Below are positions 1-10,500 of a DNA stretch of 38,606 nucleotides, one piece after another. Position 1 is the first letter of the stretch. Every line of letters begins with the position of its first letter. The notes under the pieces are model-generated. The model ran no database searches and was not told the origin of the DNA. It worked only from the letters and a program-made list of their open reading frames with translations. The position numbers and the translations under genes are program-made. Origin of the DNA: Candidatus Limnocylindria bacterium (GTDB lineage Bacteria > Chloroflexota > Limnocylindria > QHBO01); assembly GCA_046713375.1 (NCBI GenBank), contig JBKKBV010000035.1:1-38606 (forward strand). The letters are read 5' to 3'.

Positions 1-1103
1 TCGGTTCGCAGATTGGTCAGCAGGAAGAGGCCCAGCGCCAGGAAGAGCAGCGCCACGAAGATGATCGGCTTGTATCGGCCGGTACGCGCGACGATCTGGC
101 CGGAGACGATGGCGGAGATGATCAGCCCGCCGAGCAGGGGCAGGATCTGGTAGCCGGCCTCGGTCGCCGAGCTGCCCTGCACCACCTGGTACCAGCGCGG
201 CATGCCCACCACCGCCGCGAAGAAGCCCATTGCGGCGAAGAACATCGCGAGGACGCTGGCCGTAAAGGCGCGGATCCGGAAGAGGCCGAGTGGCAGGATC
301 GGCTCCTTGGCCCGCGACTCGACCCAGATGAAGACTGCGGCCAGGCCCAGCCCAACGGCTATCAGTCCGCCGACCTGCGGATCCGACCACTCGCCGAATT
401 GCTTGTTGGTGAGGCCAATCAGGATCGGCACCAGGGCTGCCACGAGGACGGCGGCACCCAGGTAGTCGATGGTCCGCTGGACGCCGCTCTCTATCCGGGT
501 TGGCAGCGTTTGCCAGATGACGACCAGCACCACCAGCCCGAGCGGGAGGTTGACGAGAAAGATCCAGTGCCACGAGAAGTTATCCGTCAGGATCCCGCCG
601 ATGGCCGGACCGATAAGCGACGCGACGCCGAACATGGCGCCGAAGAAGCCCTGGTACTTGCCTCGCTCAGACGGGGCGAAGATGTCGGCGATGATCGCGA
701 GCGAGACGGGGAAGAGGGCACCGGCGCCGAGCCCCTGGATCCCCCGGAAGACGATGAACTGCCCCATCTCACCCGAGAGGGCGCACAGCACCGAGCCGAT
801 CAGGAAGACGCTGACCCCGATCATGAAGATGATCCGCCGCCCGAACAGGTCGGACAGCTTTCCATACAGCGGGCCGCTGACGGTGGCGGTCAGGAGGTAC
901 GAGGTGAAGCCCCAGATATAGACGTCATTGCCCTTCAGGTCGGTGACGATGACGGGCAGCGCGGTGCCGACGATCGTCTGGTCCAGGGCGGCCAGGAAGA
1001 TGCCAAGCAGCGTGACGATGAAGATCTCGATCCGGGTCCGGTGCGGGAGCTCGAGGGGGGCTGTGTCCCAGTCGGGGGCAGCGGCGGGCGAGGCGGAAGT
1101 CAT
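1..1103 (-). CDS. MFS transporter, DHA2 (EmrB/QacA-like) family; the 3' end runs off the window (partial)
   Basis: This gene is absent from the ORF track because it has no stop in the window. My translation of the minus strand from the ATG (complement of 1101-1103) gives MTSASPAAAPDWDTAPLELPHRTRIEIFIVTLLGIFLAALDQTIVGTALPVIVTDLKG..GKLSDLFGRRIIFMIGV..FRGIQGLGAGALFP..SERGKYQGFFGAMFGVASLIGPAIGGILTD..WHWIFLVNLPLG. These are the typical N-terminal motifs of 14-TM DHA2 exporters. Confidence 0.85.
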   Translation of the reverse strand, partial: MTSASPAAAPDWDTAPLELPHRTRIEIFIVTLLGIFLAALDQTIVGTALPVIVTDLKGNDVYIWGFTSYLLTATVSGPLYGKLSDLFGRRIIFMIGVSVFLIGSVLCALSGEMGQFIVFRGIQGLGAGALFPVSLAIIADIFAPSERGKYQGFFGAMFGVASLIGPAIGGILTDNFSWHWIFLVNLPLGLVVLVVIWQTLPTRIESGVQRTIDYLGAAVLVAALVPILIGLTNKQFGEWSDPQVGGLIAVGLGLAAVFIWVESRAKEPILPLGLFRIRAFTASVLAMFFAAMGFFAAVVGMPRWYQVVQGSSATEAGYQILPLLGGLIISAIVSGQIVARTGRYKPIIFVALLFLALGLFLLTNLRT

Positions 1104-1245
1104 CGGGAAGGTTTGTCCAAGTTGGGGCGGTACGAGGGCGAAGTCTAGCGGACACGCGCAGGCGAGCGTCGTCAGCCTCGCCCTTGCTACCCCACCGACG
1201 TAATCGCCTCATTAAGGGTCGGGATGGCGGCGGCGGAGCGCCCCT

Positions 1246-2364
1246 ATGATGCGGCCGATGAACAAGACCGGCTCCTCCCTGAAAGGCGCTCCCGACATGG
1301 CGGCGCGGCTCGGTCTCCGCCGGCCGGTGCGACGCGAGGGAGCCGACCAGTACCTCTTCCTGACGCTCGTCTCCTTCGCGGCCACGGTGATGGCGACCCG
1401 GGTCTACCTCGAGTTGACCGGCTACCCGCGGATCGGCGGCGGCGAGCTGCACATCGCGCATGCCCTGTTCGGCGGGTTCTTCCTGTTCGCGGCAGCCCTC
1501 CTGCCGATCGTGCTCGCCGGGCGGCGCGTGTACCGCACGGCGGCGGTGCTGGGCGGGATCGGGATCGGCCTCTTCATCGACGAAGTCGGAAAATTCATCA
1601 CCACCCAGAATGATTACTTCTACCCTGCCGCCGCGCCGCTGATCTACGCGACCTTCTTGCTCGCGGTGCTGGTCTACCTCCGCGTGCGGAGACGGACGGA
1701 GCCCGATCCACGGAGCCTGCTCCTCACCTCGCTGCAGCTGATCGAGGAAGCGGTCGACGACGACCTGCAGGACGACGAACGCGACGCGCTGATGTCCCGT
1801 TTGAGCGAGGCGATGGTCGAGGCTCCGCTCGAGGAGCAGCGCCGGCTCGCATCCGCGCTCCTCGCCTTCGTGCAGTCCCAGGCGCTCGCCATCGCCCCCG
1901 ACCGGGTCAGCCGCCTGCAGCCGCTTATCGCCTGGTGGGCCGCGCGTCGCAATGACTTGATCGGAGGTCGTGGGTTACGCGCCGTGCTGCTGCTCGTCCT
2001 CTTCATCTCCGGCATCCGCGCCGTCTTCGCCCTCGGTGTGGCGGCGTCGCACATCGGTGGGGTCGATCCGAGCACCAGCATGCGGCTCTTCAGCCTTGAC
2101 ATGTTGCACCTGCTGGTCGAGGGAGTCGCCGGCGCGCTGCTCCTCGCAGGCTCCCTGTTGATGGCGCTCAGCGGACGGGATCGCCTGGGTTCGAGCCTCG
2201 CCGAATTCGGCCTCCTCGTCTCCCTCGCCCTTGCGGATCTGGCGTCCTTCTACCTGCGCCAGTTCGCGACCGTCGAGGTCGCCCTGCTGCATGGCCTGCT
2301 GCTGTTTGGCGTGGTCGCGTACCGGCGCCAGCTGCACGCCGACGCGGCCGTTTCTCCCGCGTAG
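1246..2364 (+). CDS. Integral membrane protein of unknown function: multiple TM helices with a central acidic helical insert
   Basis: 372-aa ORF with an ATG start and GGAG about 8 nt upstream. It has several hydrophobic helices (FLTLVSFAATVMATRVYL, ALFGGFFLFAAALLPIVLAG, LLLVLFISGIRAVFALGVAA, others). It is divergent from the MFS gene. I recognise no family. Confidence 0.72.
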   Translation: MMRPMNKTGSSLKGAPDMAARLGLRRPVRREGADQYLFLTLVSFAATVMATRVYLELTGYPRIGGGELHIAHALFGGFFLFAAALLPIVLAGRRVYRTAAVLGGIGIGLFIDEVGKFITTQNDYFYPAAAPLIYATFLLAVLVYLRVRRRTEPDPRSLLLTSLQLIEEAVDDDLQDDERDALMSRLSEAMVEAPLEEQRRLASALLAFVQSQALAIAPDRVSRLQPLIAWWAARRNDLIGGRGLRAVLLLVLFISGIRAVFALGVAASHIGGVDPSTSMRLFSLDMLHLLVEGVAGALLLAGSLLMALSGRDRLGSSLAEFGLLVSLALADLASFYLRQFATVEVALLHGLLLFGVVAYRRQLHADAAVSPA

Positions 2365-2365
2365 A

Positions 2366-2866
2366 TCAGTCCAGCTCGTCCGCCCATACGCGAATGCGGG
2401 CGTGATGCTGCGACCAGGCCTCCCACGCCGCTCGCGCCCATCGGTCAACCGTGACGCGGTGGACCTCAGGCGTCTCCGCCGCATGGACATCCACCACGGT
2501 GACCCCGCCGGCCGAGGCTGGCGGGACGAGCCAGGGGAAGATGCGCTTCGGCGTCGCCAGGCGCTGCCGGAGGTGGGGCAGCTCCGCCGGGCCACGCCCG
2601 CGCTCCAGGCTCAGGCACAGCCCGACCAGGTGGATCGCAACCGACTGCGCCGAGCGGCGCTCGGCCACGCCCGGATGTTGCACGGCGTAGGCGTCCACGG
2701 TCAGCTGATGTGCCGGCGTGTAGCGGAAGTCGCCGTATTCGCGCGCAAGCACCTCGCTGTACAGGAGCCAGCAGCCCGGTGCGGAGCCGATGTACGTCTG
2801 TCGTCTGATTTCCGGGATGTCGGGAACGCCTGCCCGGCAGCCTGGACAGATGACGACGGGACTCAT
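2366..2866 (-). CDS. Conserved hypothetical protein, DUF5946-like (N-terminal CPGC, YAVQHP motif)
   Basis: 166-aa ORF. It carries CPGCRAGVP at the N-terminus and the motifs DAYAVQHPG..SAQSVAIHL..VTVVDV..RWARAAWEAW, which match my memory of the DUF5946 family. Its start overlaps the stop of the upstream gene by 4 nt (2863-2866). Confidence 0.7.
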   Translation of the reverse strand: MSPVVICPGCRAGVPDIPEIRRQTYIGSAPGCWLLYSEVLAREYGDFRYTPAHQLTVDAYAVQHPGVAERRSAQSVAIHLVGLCLSLERGRGPAELPHLRQRLATPKRIFPWLVPPASAGGVTVVDVHAAETPEVHRVTVDRWARAAWEAWSQHHARIRVWADELD

Positions 2867-3777
2867 CCGCCGGTGGAGTCCCGGGAGTCGTCCGGGGGCT
2901 CGTCGGGGGCGTCGTAATCGATCGTTGCAACGGTCTCCTCATCATCCCACCCCTCGTCGAGATCTTGACCCTGCGGTGGCGGCGCTCCCTCAGCTGAAGC
3001 CTCTGCGGCTCGGAACGCCTCGACCGCCTGACGGCGACGCCGCTCCCCGAGGGCGGCGGCCACCGTGACCACCCCAAGCAGGCCGATCGCCACGACGCCC
3101 TCCAGCGGGACGTTGAAGCGTCGCGAGCCCGGCGGATTGTCCCCCGGCGCGGGGGACGGGCTCGGAGACGCAGCTGGCTGATCCGAGGAATGGGCGGAGG
3201 GCCGGCCACTCGGGTCGGCGAGCATGGTCCCGAACGGGGTCGGCGAGACAGCCAGAGAGACCGAGCTGCCAGGCTTCGGTGTGGCCGTGGCAGGCACCGA
3301 TGTGGGCCTGGGCGTCGGCCTGGGCGTTGCGGTGGGTCGTGGCGTCGGCCGGGGAGTCGGCGCGGGAGTCGGAGGCGGCGTTGGGGCCGTGACAATGAGG
3401 GTCGGACCACCGCGAGTGAAGTTCCTACCAAGGCTGCTCGTCGCGGAGAAGGTGACCGACCACGTCCCAGCCGGCAGCGTCGACGATCCACTCCAGGTCC
3501 CGTTGAGCGCGGTCCCGGCGGTGCGTACCAGCGATACGGTCCGCGTGGTCGAGCCATTCGACGCCAGCGCACGGACGCTGCTGGCGGTCTCGTTGTCAGT
3601 TTTTTTGCCCGAATAGTCGACGGAGAAGACGAAGGTCGTTGACGTGGTACCTGACGTCGGGCTCACGGACGCCTGCATCAGCCTCGTCGGCCCTGCAGCT
3701 GCGGTCAGTGACGCCGTGGTGAGTGCGATGAGGATCCCCAGGATCGCACCGAGCAGGAGGCTCGGGCATGACTTCAT
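2863..3777 (-). CDS. Secreted, C-terminally membrane-anchored protein with a Pro/Thr-rich linker
   Basis: 304 aa. The layout is a signal peptide (MKSCPSLLLGAILGILIALTTASLTAAAG), a beta-rich Ser/Thr domain, the tract TPPPTPAPTPRPTPRPTATPRPTPRPT, a TM helix (GVVAIGLLGVVTVAAAL, followed by the basic RRRRQ stretch) and an acidic cytoplasmic tail. It has an ATGA overlap with the upstream hydrolase gene at 3777. Confidence 0.8.
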   Translation of the reverse strand: MKSCPSLLLGAILGILIALTTASLTAAAGPTRLMQASVSPTSGTTSTTFVFSVDYSGKKTDNETASSVRALASNGSTTRTVSLVRTAGTALNGTWSGSSTLPAGTWSVTFSATSSLGRNFTRGGPTLIVTAPTPPPTPAPTPRPTPRPTATPRPTPRPTSVPATATPKPGSSVSLAVSPTPFGTMLADPSGRPSAHSSDQPAASPSPSPAPGDNPPGSRRFNVPLEGVVAIGLLGVVTVAAALGERRRRQAVEAFRAAEASAEGAPPPQGQDLDEGWDDEETVATIDYDAPDEPPDDSRDSTGG

Positions 3778-4661
3778 CAGTCCACCGTCAACAGCTCGTC
3801 AACGATGCGCCCGATGGAGTCGACCGCCAGCGTCAGGTGACCGTGGTCCGGAAAGAGACGGGCCTGCGCCCCGGGGATGTGGGCTGCCAGCCACTCCCCA
3901 TGGGCGAACGGCACCATCCGGTCATGGCCACCCTGCCAGATGAAGGCAGGCACGCGGATCTCGTCGAGTGCGAAGCCCCACGGTTGGGTGAAGGCCATAT
4001 CGTCGTCGAACCAGCCCCAGTAGCCGATGCGCAGCGCCTCGTGCATGACGTTCGCCATCCATTCCGAGAAGGTGCCGGTCAGCGACGCGCGGTCCACATC
4101 GTCGATGAGGTCGCCGAAAGCGTCAGCAACCTGCGCGGGCGTCATGTCGCGAAACACGGGAGCGGCTTGCTCCTTGAACGCGATCAGTTCATCGGGTCCC
4201 GTCAGGGCTGCGTTGAACTCTTCCACGTTCTCGGCTCCCATTCCCGCGATCCAATCAAGTCCTTCGGCCGGGTATGGCGCAATGCTGCCGATGGTGGCGA
4301 CGCTGATCACCCGCTTGGGCATCCGACCGGCACAGGCCAGGGCATGCGGCCCGCCTCCCGACCAACCGATCACATGGCAGCGCTCCGCGCCGATGGCGTC
4401 GAGCACCGCAGCCGTGTCGTCCACGACTGCTACCACGTCACGGCCCGGCAGGCGAGTCGACGACCCGTACCCGGGCCGGGAGAAGCTGACATAGCGGAGG
4501 TCACGCTCGGCCAGGGCGTCAACGATCGGTGCGAAGGTCGGGCCACCCGCGGCCGGTGTCCCGAAGTGATAGACGAGCGGCTTGCCCGTCTCCGGCCCGT
4601 CGAGGAAGACGTCCAGCGACCGCCCGTCTGGTAAACGCAGCTGCATGGTGGGCACGACCAT
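3777..4661 (-). CDS. Alpha/beta-fold hydrolase
   Basis: The protein has a GWSGG nucleophile elbow, an HG-like motif (LVYHFGTP), and a late DHGH histidine. The longest ORF extends to 4712 and would collide with the divergent gene, so I prefer the internal ATG at 4661 (MVVPTMQLRL) or the one at 4646. Confidence 0.85.
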   Translation of the reverse strand: MVVPTMQLRLPDGRSLDVFLDGPETGKPLVYHFGTPAAGGPTFAPIVDALAERDLRYVSFSRPGYGSSTRLPGRDVVAVVDDTAAVLDAIGAERCHVIGWSGGGPHALACAGRMPKRVISVATIGSIAPYPAEGLDWIAGMGAENVEEFNAALTGPDELIAFKEQAAPVFRDMTPAQVADAFGDLIDDVDRASLTGTFSEWMANVMHEALRIGYWGWFDDDMAFTQPWGFALDEIRVPAFIWQGGHDRMVPFAHGEWLAAHIPGAQARLFPDHGHLTLAVDSIGRIVDELLTVD

Positions 4662-4724
4662 CGCCGCAGCATCGCCGATCGTCGAGTCCCGGTCAACGAG
4701 GTGCCGTGCCACAATCCCCGCTTG

Positions 4725-6290
4725 ATGATTGCCCCGAGGTGGGTCCGTCGCGTGCCGGGCCTGCCCGTTTACCCCGTCCTGGCGGCTGCCTATCCGGTGA
4801 TTTACCTGTATGCCCAGAACGTCCAGGAGGCGATCGCCCCGGCCGAGATCTTCATTCCGCTTGCCGTCTGCATCGGCGCAACCCTGATCGCGATGGCGGT
4901 CCTCGGCGCCCTCACCCGCGCGTGGGCCGCCGCCGCCCTGGCCAGCACGCTCCTGCTCGTCCTCTTCTTCACATACGGGATGGCGTGGGATTGGCTCGGG
5001 ACGATGCTCCTCGGCCAGTGGGTGCTGATCGTCGCCTGGCTGCTCGTTGCTGTCATCGGCCTGTCATTCATCTGGCGTTTCCATGTGCAGGCAGAGCGTC
5101 TGACGCTGCCGTTGAACGTGATCACCGGGCTGGCGCTCCTCTTCAACCTCGTGACCATCGGTGCATTCGTCTTCAACGTCCGCCCCACCGCCGCGAACAG
5201 CGGGTCGGGGGTCACCGCCAGTGGCGGAACGCCTGCCCCCGTGAATCGGAGAGATGTGTACTGGATCATTCTCGAGGAGTACGGGTCCGGCAGCGTGCTC
5301 AGGGACGAGTTCAATTTCGACAACTCACCGTTCCTCGACGCCCTGCGCGAGCGCGGCTTCTACATCGCGGAGGACTCCACGGCCAACTATCTCAAGACGG
5401 CCCCGGCGATTCAGGCGGCGCGGGACCTGGAGTATCTCGACGGTCCAGCCTTGCGCGACCAGGCTAAGGATGCGGCCGACTGGGGTCCGATCTACCGCGC
5501 ACTGCGCTCGCCATTCGAGGTGCAGCAGTTCCTCGACGACCTCGGCTATCGCTTCATCTACGCGGGCACCTTCTGGAAGCCGATGGGCCAACACCCCTCG
5601 GCCGAGATCAACTACGTCTATGACAAGCTGACCTCCGAGTTCCTGGAGGTGCTCCAGCGTGCGACCGCCCTGCGGGTATTCGAGGACCTGGGTCCGGAGG
5701 CGCCGTACGACTGGCGCCGCAACCGCTACAACCAGACCGTCTACGAGCTGCGCTCACTGCGGCGCGCCTCGACGCTGGGCGGCCCGAAATTCATCCACAC
5801 CCAGCTGGCGCTCAACCACGAGCCCTACGTGTTCCATCCCGATGGCAGCTTCATCACCGCTGAGGAGGAGCGCAAGCTGACGCACGAAGAGGCGTACGTC
5901 GAGCAGCTGAAGTACACGAACACCCAGATGCTCGAGTGGGTCGATGAGCTGCTGGACGTGCCGGCGGACGAGCGGCCGATCATCATGCTGCTGGGAGACG
6001 AAGGACCGTGGACGCCTGAGTATCGCAAGAACGAGCGCGGCTACGACTGGAGGACCGCGTCGCCCGAGAGGCTGAAGATGAAGTTCGAGATCATCAACGC
6101 CGTCTACCTGCCGGACCAGGACCCGGAGGAGGCCGGCTTCTACTCCTCCATCTCCCTGGTCAACCAGTTCCGCGTCCTGTTCAACGCCGAGTTCGGCCTC
6201 GATCTGCCGATCCTTCCGGACCGCAACTACATCTGGCCGAAGCAGTCGGACATCTACACCTACATCGACGTCACTGACAAGGTGCGCTGA
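4725..6290 (+). CDS. Polytopic membrane protein with a large C-terminal extracytoplasmic domain; weakly sulfatase/alkaline-phosphatase (LTA-synthase-like) in layout
   Basis: About five N-terminal TM helices precede a soluble domain of about 350 aa. The segments YWIILEEYGS, HTQLALNHEPYVF and MLLGDEGPW sit where LtaS/sulfatase-type metal-site motifs usually lie. The start is ambiguous: GTG at 4701 or ATG at 4725. The family call is tentative. Confidence 0.75.
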   Translation: MIAPRWVRRVPGLPVYPVLAAAYPVIYLYAQNVQEAIAPAEIFIPLAVCIGATLIAMAVLGALTRAWAAAALASTLLLVLFFTYGMAWDWLGTMLLGQWVLIVAWLLVAVIGLSFIWRFHVQAERLTLPLNVITGLALLFNLVTIGAFVFNVRPTAANSGSGVTASGGTPAPVNRRDVYWIILEEYGSGSVLRDEFNFDNSPFLDALRERGFYIAEDSTANYLKTAPAIQAARDLEYLDGPALRDQAKDAADWGPIYRALRSPFEVQQFLDDLGYRFIYAGTFWKPMGQHPSAEINYVYDKLTSEFLEVLQRATALRVFEDLGPEAPYDWRRNRYNQTVYELRSLRRASTLGGPKFIHTQLALNHEPYVFHPDGSFITAEEERKLTHEEAYVEQLKYTNTQMLEWVDELLDVPADERPIIMLLGDEGPWTPEYRKNERGYDWRTASPERLKMKFEIINAVYLPDQDPEEAGFYSSISLVNQFRVLFNAEFGLDLPILPDRNYIWPKQSDIYTYIDVTDKVR

Positions 6291-6302
6291 GCCAACAGCC
6301 CG

Positions 6303-6716
6303 TTACTCCTCGGGCTTCGGCTCGAGCTGCAGGGCCGCCGAGTTGATGCAGTAGCGCAGGCCGGTCGGGTTCGGCCCGTCATCGAAGACATGCCCGAGGT
6401 GTCCGCCGCAGGCGGAGCAGTGCACCTCGTTGCGCACCATGAAGAAGGCCCGGTCGCTCTCGACTTCAACCGCCGCCGGGTCAGCCGGGGCGTAGAAGCT
6501 CGGCCAGCCGCTGCGGGAGTCGAATTTGGTGTCGGAGGTAAAGAGATCGGCGCCACAGCCGGCGCATCGGTAGACGCCGGGCCGATGCTCGTCCCAATAG
6601 GCTCCTGTGAAGGCCCGCTCGGTCCCCTTCTCGCGCAGGATATGGAACTGCTCCGGAGTAAGGTCGCGGGCCCAGTCGGTATTGGTCTTGGTGATCCTGG
6701 TGGTCATGTCCAGCAT
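6303..6716 (-). CDS. msrB: Peptide-methionine (R)-S-oxide reductase
   Basis: 137 aa. It contains two CxxC pairs ([20 protein letters not shown]) and GWPSF, with RYCINS as the catalytic-Cys motif, all characteristic of MsrB/SelR. Confidence 0.95.
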   Translation of the reverse strand: MLDMTTRITKTNTDWARDLTPEQFHILREKGTERAFTGAYWDEHRPGVYRCAGCGADLFTSDTKFDSRSGWPSFYAPADPAAVEVESDRAFFMVRNEVHCSACGGHLGHVFDDGPNPTGLRYCINSAALQLEPKPEE

Positions 6717-6741
6717 CGTAGCGTTGCGTTAGGCTGCCCGC

Positions 6742-7518
6742 ATGCGACGCCCCGCCCCGATCGCGCTGTTTGCCTCGACGGCCCTGTTCTCCGGCTGCCT
6801 CTTCGGATCGCCGAGCGCCTCCCCGTCATCGAGCGCCGAGCCCTCGCAGGCAGCGACCGTGCAGCCATCGACATCGGTCCCGCCAGCCACCGCCACGCCG
6901 GTGCCGACCCCCGGACCGGACGACATCCCGACCTTCACGGCGGGGACGACGGTGACGACCGCGGCATCTGGATTGCGGGTGCGCTCCGGGCCCGGTCTGA
7001 GCCAAGGCGTGCTGAAGCTGCTGCCCACCGGCAGCGACCTCGTTGTGGTGCTTGGGCCGGTGCGCACCGACAGCTGGGGCTGGTACCTGGTCCGGGACGC
7101 GGATGCCGCGGAGCCGGTCTTCGAGGAGGGCTGGGTCGCGGCCGGCTTCATGCCGAAGCCGTACCTGGTGCCGGCCACCTTCGACCTGCCCTTCAATCCG
7201 ATCGTCGCCGGCTTCGCCCATGAGGGAAACGGAGAGTACGGTCCGATCCGGATCGAGGACGCCAACTACGCTGTGCGCTGGGTCGCCGCCGTCCTGCCGG
7301 GAGGCAGCGCCTGTTCGATCTCCGCTGACCTGGTGCCGGGAAGCGGGACGGCGGTGCCCACGATCCGAGCAACGCTCGGAAGCGCCCCGGCGCCGGGGAA
7401 CCTGTACGGCGACTTCTTCACGTCCCATCCGGAGCTGGTGGGTGACCTCTTCCTGCGGGTCACCTCGGACTGCGGCTGGGCGTTGACCATCCTTCGGAGC
7501 GAGCCTCGCGCAGGGTAG
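6742..7518 (+). CDS. Lipoprotein with an SH3b-like domain
   Basis: It has a lipobox (ALFSGC) after a short signal peptide, a Ser/Pro/Thr linker, and then GLRVRSGPGLSQGVLKLLPTGSDLVVV..GWYLV, which is typical of bacterial SH3 domains. The C-terminal domain is unknown. Confidence 0.78.
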   Translation: MRRPAPIALFASTALFSGCLFGSPSASPSSSAEPSQAATVQPSTSVPPATATPVPTPGPDDIPTFTAGTTVTTAASGLRVRSGPGLSQGVLKLLPTGSDLVVVLGPVRTDSWGWYLVRDADAAEPVFEEGWVAAGFMPKPYLVPATFDLPFNPIVAGFAHEGNGEYGPIRIEDANYAVRWVAAVLPGGSACSISADLVPGSGTAVPTIRATLGSAPAPGNLYGDFFTSHPELVGDLFLRVTSDCGWALTILRSEPRAG

Positions 7519-7569
7519 CGGCCCTCGCGACACCCGACCTGTCGCTCAGGAGGCTAGGCTTCGAACAGC

Positions 7570-10500
7570 ATGCAGCTGATCGACGGCAGCCCGGTCTACT
7601 CGGCGACCGATCTCGTCGGCTTCCTCGCCTGCGAGCACCTGACCCAGCTGGAACGGGCCGCCCTGGCCGGGCTGGCCGAACGCCCGCATCTCCCCGATCC
7701 CGAGCTGGACGTCCTTCGCAAGCGCGGGGCACAGCATGAGGAGCGATACCTGGCCGACCTCGCGGCCGATGGTCGATCCGTCGTCACGATCACCCCGGAC
7801 GCGTACTCGTCGGACCACGCCGAGGGGCTGCGCATGGCCGCGGCGGCGACCGTGGAGGCGATGGCGTCGGGTGCGCAGGTCATCTACCAGGCCGCCTTCT
7901 TCAACGGCCGATGGCGCGGACATGCCGACTTTCTGCTGCGGCGAGAGTCGCCCGATCGGCCGAGCGTCTACGGTCCGTTCCACTATGAAGTGGCTGACAC
8001 CAAGCTGGCGCGCCATGTCAAGGCAGGCGCGGTCCTGCAGGTCTGCAGCTATGTCGACCAGCTCACGGCCCTGCAGGGGATCCAGCCCGAGTGGTTGCAC
8101 GTGGCACTGGGGGGGAGCGCCCACGAGACCGTTCGACTGCGCGTGGACGACTTCATGGCCTACTACCGAGCGGCCAAGCAGCGGTTCGAGGAAACGGTTG
8201 GGCCTGAAGCCCGGCCCGCGGCCTATCCACCCGATGGGACGTACCCGGACCCGGTCGAGCACTGCGACGTGTGCCGCTGGACGGTGGAGTGCCAGGCACG
8301 GCGCCGCGCCGACGATCACCTCAGCCTGGTTGCGGGAATCGGCCGCCAGCAGCGGCGCGGGCTTGTCGATCGCGGCGTGACGACGTTGGCGCGGCTCGGC
8401 ACGCTGCCGCTCCCGCTCGTGCCACCACTCGACGGTTCGACCGAGCGGACCCTCGAGCGAGTCCGCGAGCAGGCGCGTATCCAGCTCGAGGGGCGGGTGG
8501 CAGGCACTGTCAGGTACGAGCTCTTGCTTCCCGAGGGTGGGCAGCTCCGCGAAGCAGAGCGAGGCCTCGCCTCGCTCCCCCTCCCATCGGCCGGCGATCT
8601 CTTCTTCGACATCGAGGGCGACCCGTACGCCTTTGAAGACGGGCTCGAGTACCTCTTCGGTGTGATGGAGGACGACGGGCGCTGGCACGCGATCTGGTCG
8701 ACCGACGCCGAGGGTGGTTTCACCTTCGCGGGCGAGAAGGCGGCCTTCGAGGCTCTCATGGACCTCTTCACGGCGCACCTCGATCGTTTCCCCGATGGGC
8801 ACATCTACCACTTCCATTCTTATGAGCCGAGCGCGCTGAAGCACCTGATGGGCAAGCACGCCACGCGCGAGATGGAGGTCGATCGGCTGTTGCGCGGTGG
8901 CGTCATGGTCGATCTGCATCGCATCGTCCGCCAGGCGCTGCGCGCATCGGTCGAGAGCTACGGGTTGAAGAAGCTGGAGCCGCTGTACGGCTACGAGCGC
9001 GAGGTCGATCTCCGCGATGCGGGTTCGAGCATCGTCGCCTTCGAGCAGTGGCTCGAGCTGGGAGAGGGCGAGCGCCCAGAAGCCGACCATCTGACGCGGA
9101 TCGAGCGCTACAACCGCGACGACGTCATCAGCACACGTGAGCTCCGCGATTGGCTGGAAGCCCGGAGATCGGAGCTTGCCCAGAGGACCCGAGCCGACGT
9201 CGGCCGGCCGGCGCCCCGCGACGCCTCCCCAGCCGAGGAGCAGGCCGTCGAGCTGGACCGGGTTGCAAAGCTCGAAGCCCGCCTGACGGTGGACGTGCCC
9301 GCTGACCCGGGTGAACGCTCTCACCGACAGCAGGCCAGCTGGCTGCTCGCCCAGCTGTTGAGCTGGCATCGACGCGAGGACAAGGCGACCTGGTGGCAGT
9401 TCTACCGTCTCCTTGCACTGAATGCGAGTCAGCTGATCGAGGAGACCGACCCGATCGGAGGCCTTGAGCCCGTCGAGCCGCTCGATGAGCAGGACCCAAA
9501 AGGGCGGCAGGTCTGGCGCTATCGATTCCCGGCGCAGGAATACCGGGTGTCGGTTCATGACGCGGTCTACGATCCTGGGAAGACGCAGCTCAAGCCGAAC
9601 GCCAAGTTCGGCGAGTGGGCGATTGGTTCGGTGCGTGCGATCGACCACGCGGCGCGGACGATCGACATCAGGCGAGTGGCTGCTGATCCGCATTCCGCCA
9701 GCCTGGTGGCGCTGGGCATCGTCGGGACAGTGCAGCAGCGCCTCCGTCTGTACGAGATCGGTGAGTGGGTCGCTGACCATGGGATCGACGCCGACGGCCG
9801 ATACCGGGCTGCCCGCGATCTGCTGCTCCGAAGCGCACCGCGGGCCGGCCAGGCCGCGGGCGACGAGCTGCGCCAGCCCAACGAGAGCCAGCTGGCGGCA
9901 GCGCGCCGGCTGGCACTCCAGCTCGGCCATGCGACCCTGCCCATTCAAGGACCACCAGGCTCCGGCAAGACGTACACCGGCGCGCGCATGATCATCTCGC
10001 TCCTGGGAGCCGGGAAGCGAGTCGGCATCACCGCCAACAGCCACAAGGTGATCGGCAACCTGATCAAGGAAGTCCTTGCCGCTGCCGCAAGGGACGATGT
10101 TCCGGTCCGCCCTCTGCAGAAGGCCGACAAGGAACAGAAGCATCCCGACGAACGCGTCGCACTCGCGAAGGACGCAGCGCACGCCGCCAAAGCGCTTGCG
10201 ACCGGCGAAGCGAACTTGGTCGCCGGGACGGTGTGGCTCTGGGCTTCCCCCCACATGGCCGACGCTGTCGACGTCCTGTTCGTCGACGAGGCCGGCCAGA
10301 TGTCCCTTGCGAACGTCATCGCGGCATCTCCCGCTGCCACGTCGATCGTCCTGCTCGGTGATCCCCAGCAGCTGGACCAGGTGATCCAGGGGAGCCACCC
10401 ACCTGGGGCCGAGCGCTCGGCTCTCGCTCACCTGCTCAACGGCGCCGCCACCATCTCCCCTGCCGACGGACTCTTCCTGGCGACGACATGGCGGCTTCAC

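Noticed and set aside
202-1461. Several tracked ORFs (202-465, 399-1148, 469-921, 925-1461, others) overlapping the first kilobase
   Set aside because: They overlap, in other frames or on the other strand, the clearly coding partial MFS gene (1-1103, minus). Their translations are Arg/Pro/Asp-biased with no domain signatures.
3280-3392. Short tandem repeats that might suggest a CRISPR array or non-coding VNTR (also 19725-19751)
   Set aside because: They are in-frame codon repeats inside credible secreted-protein genes (PT-rich and GN tracts). They show no repeat-spacer periodicity of 25-40 nt and no cas genes are nearby.
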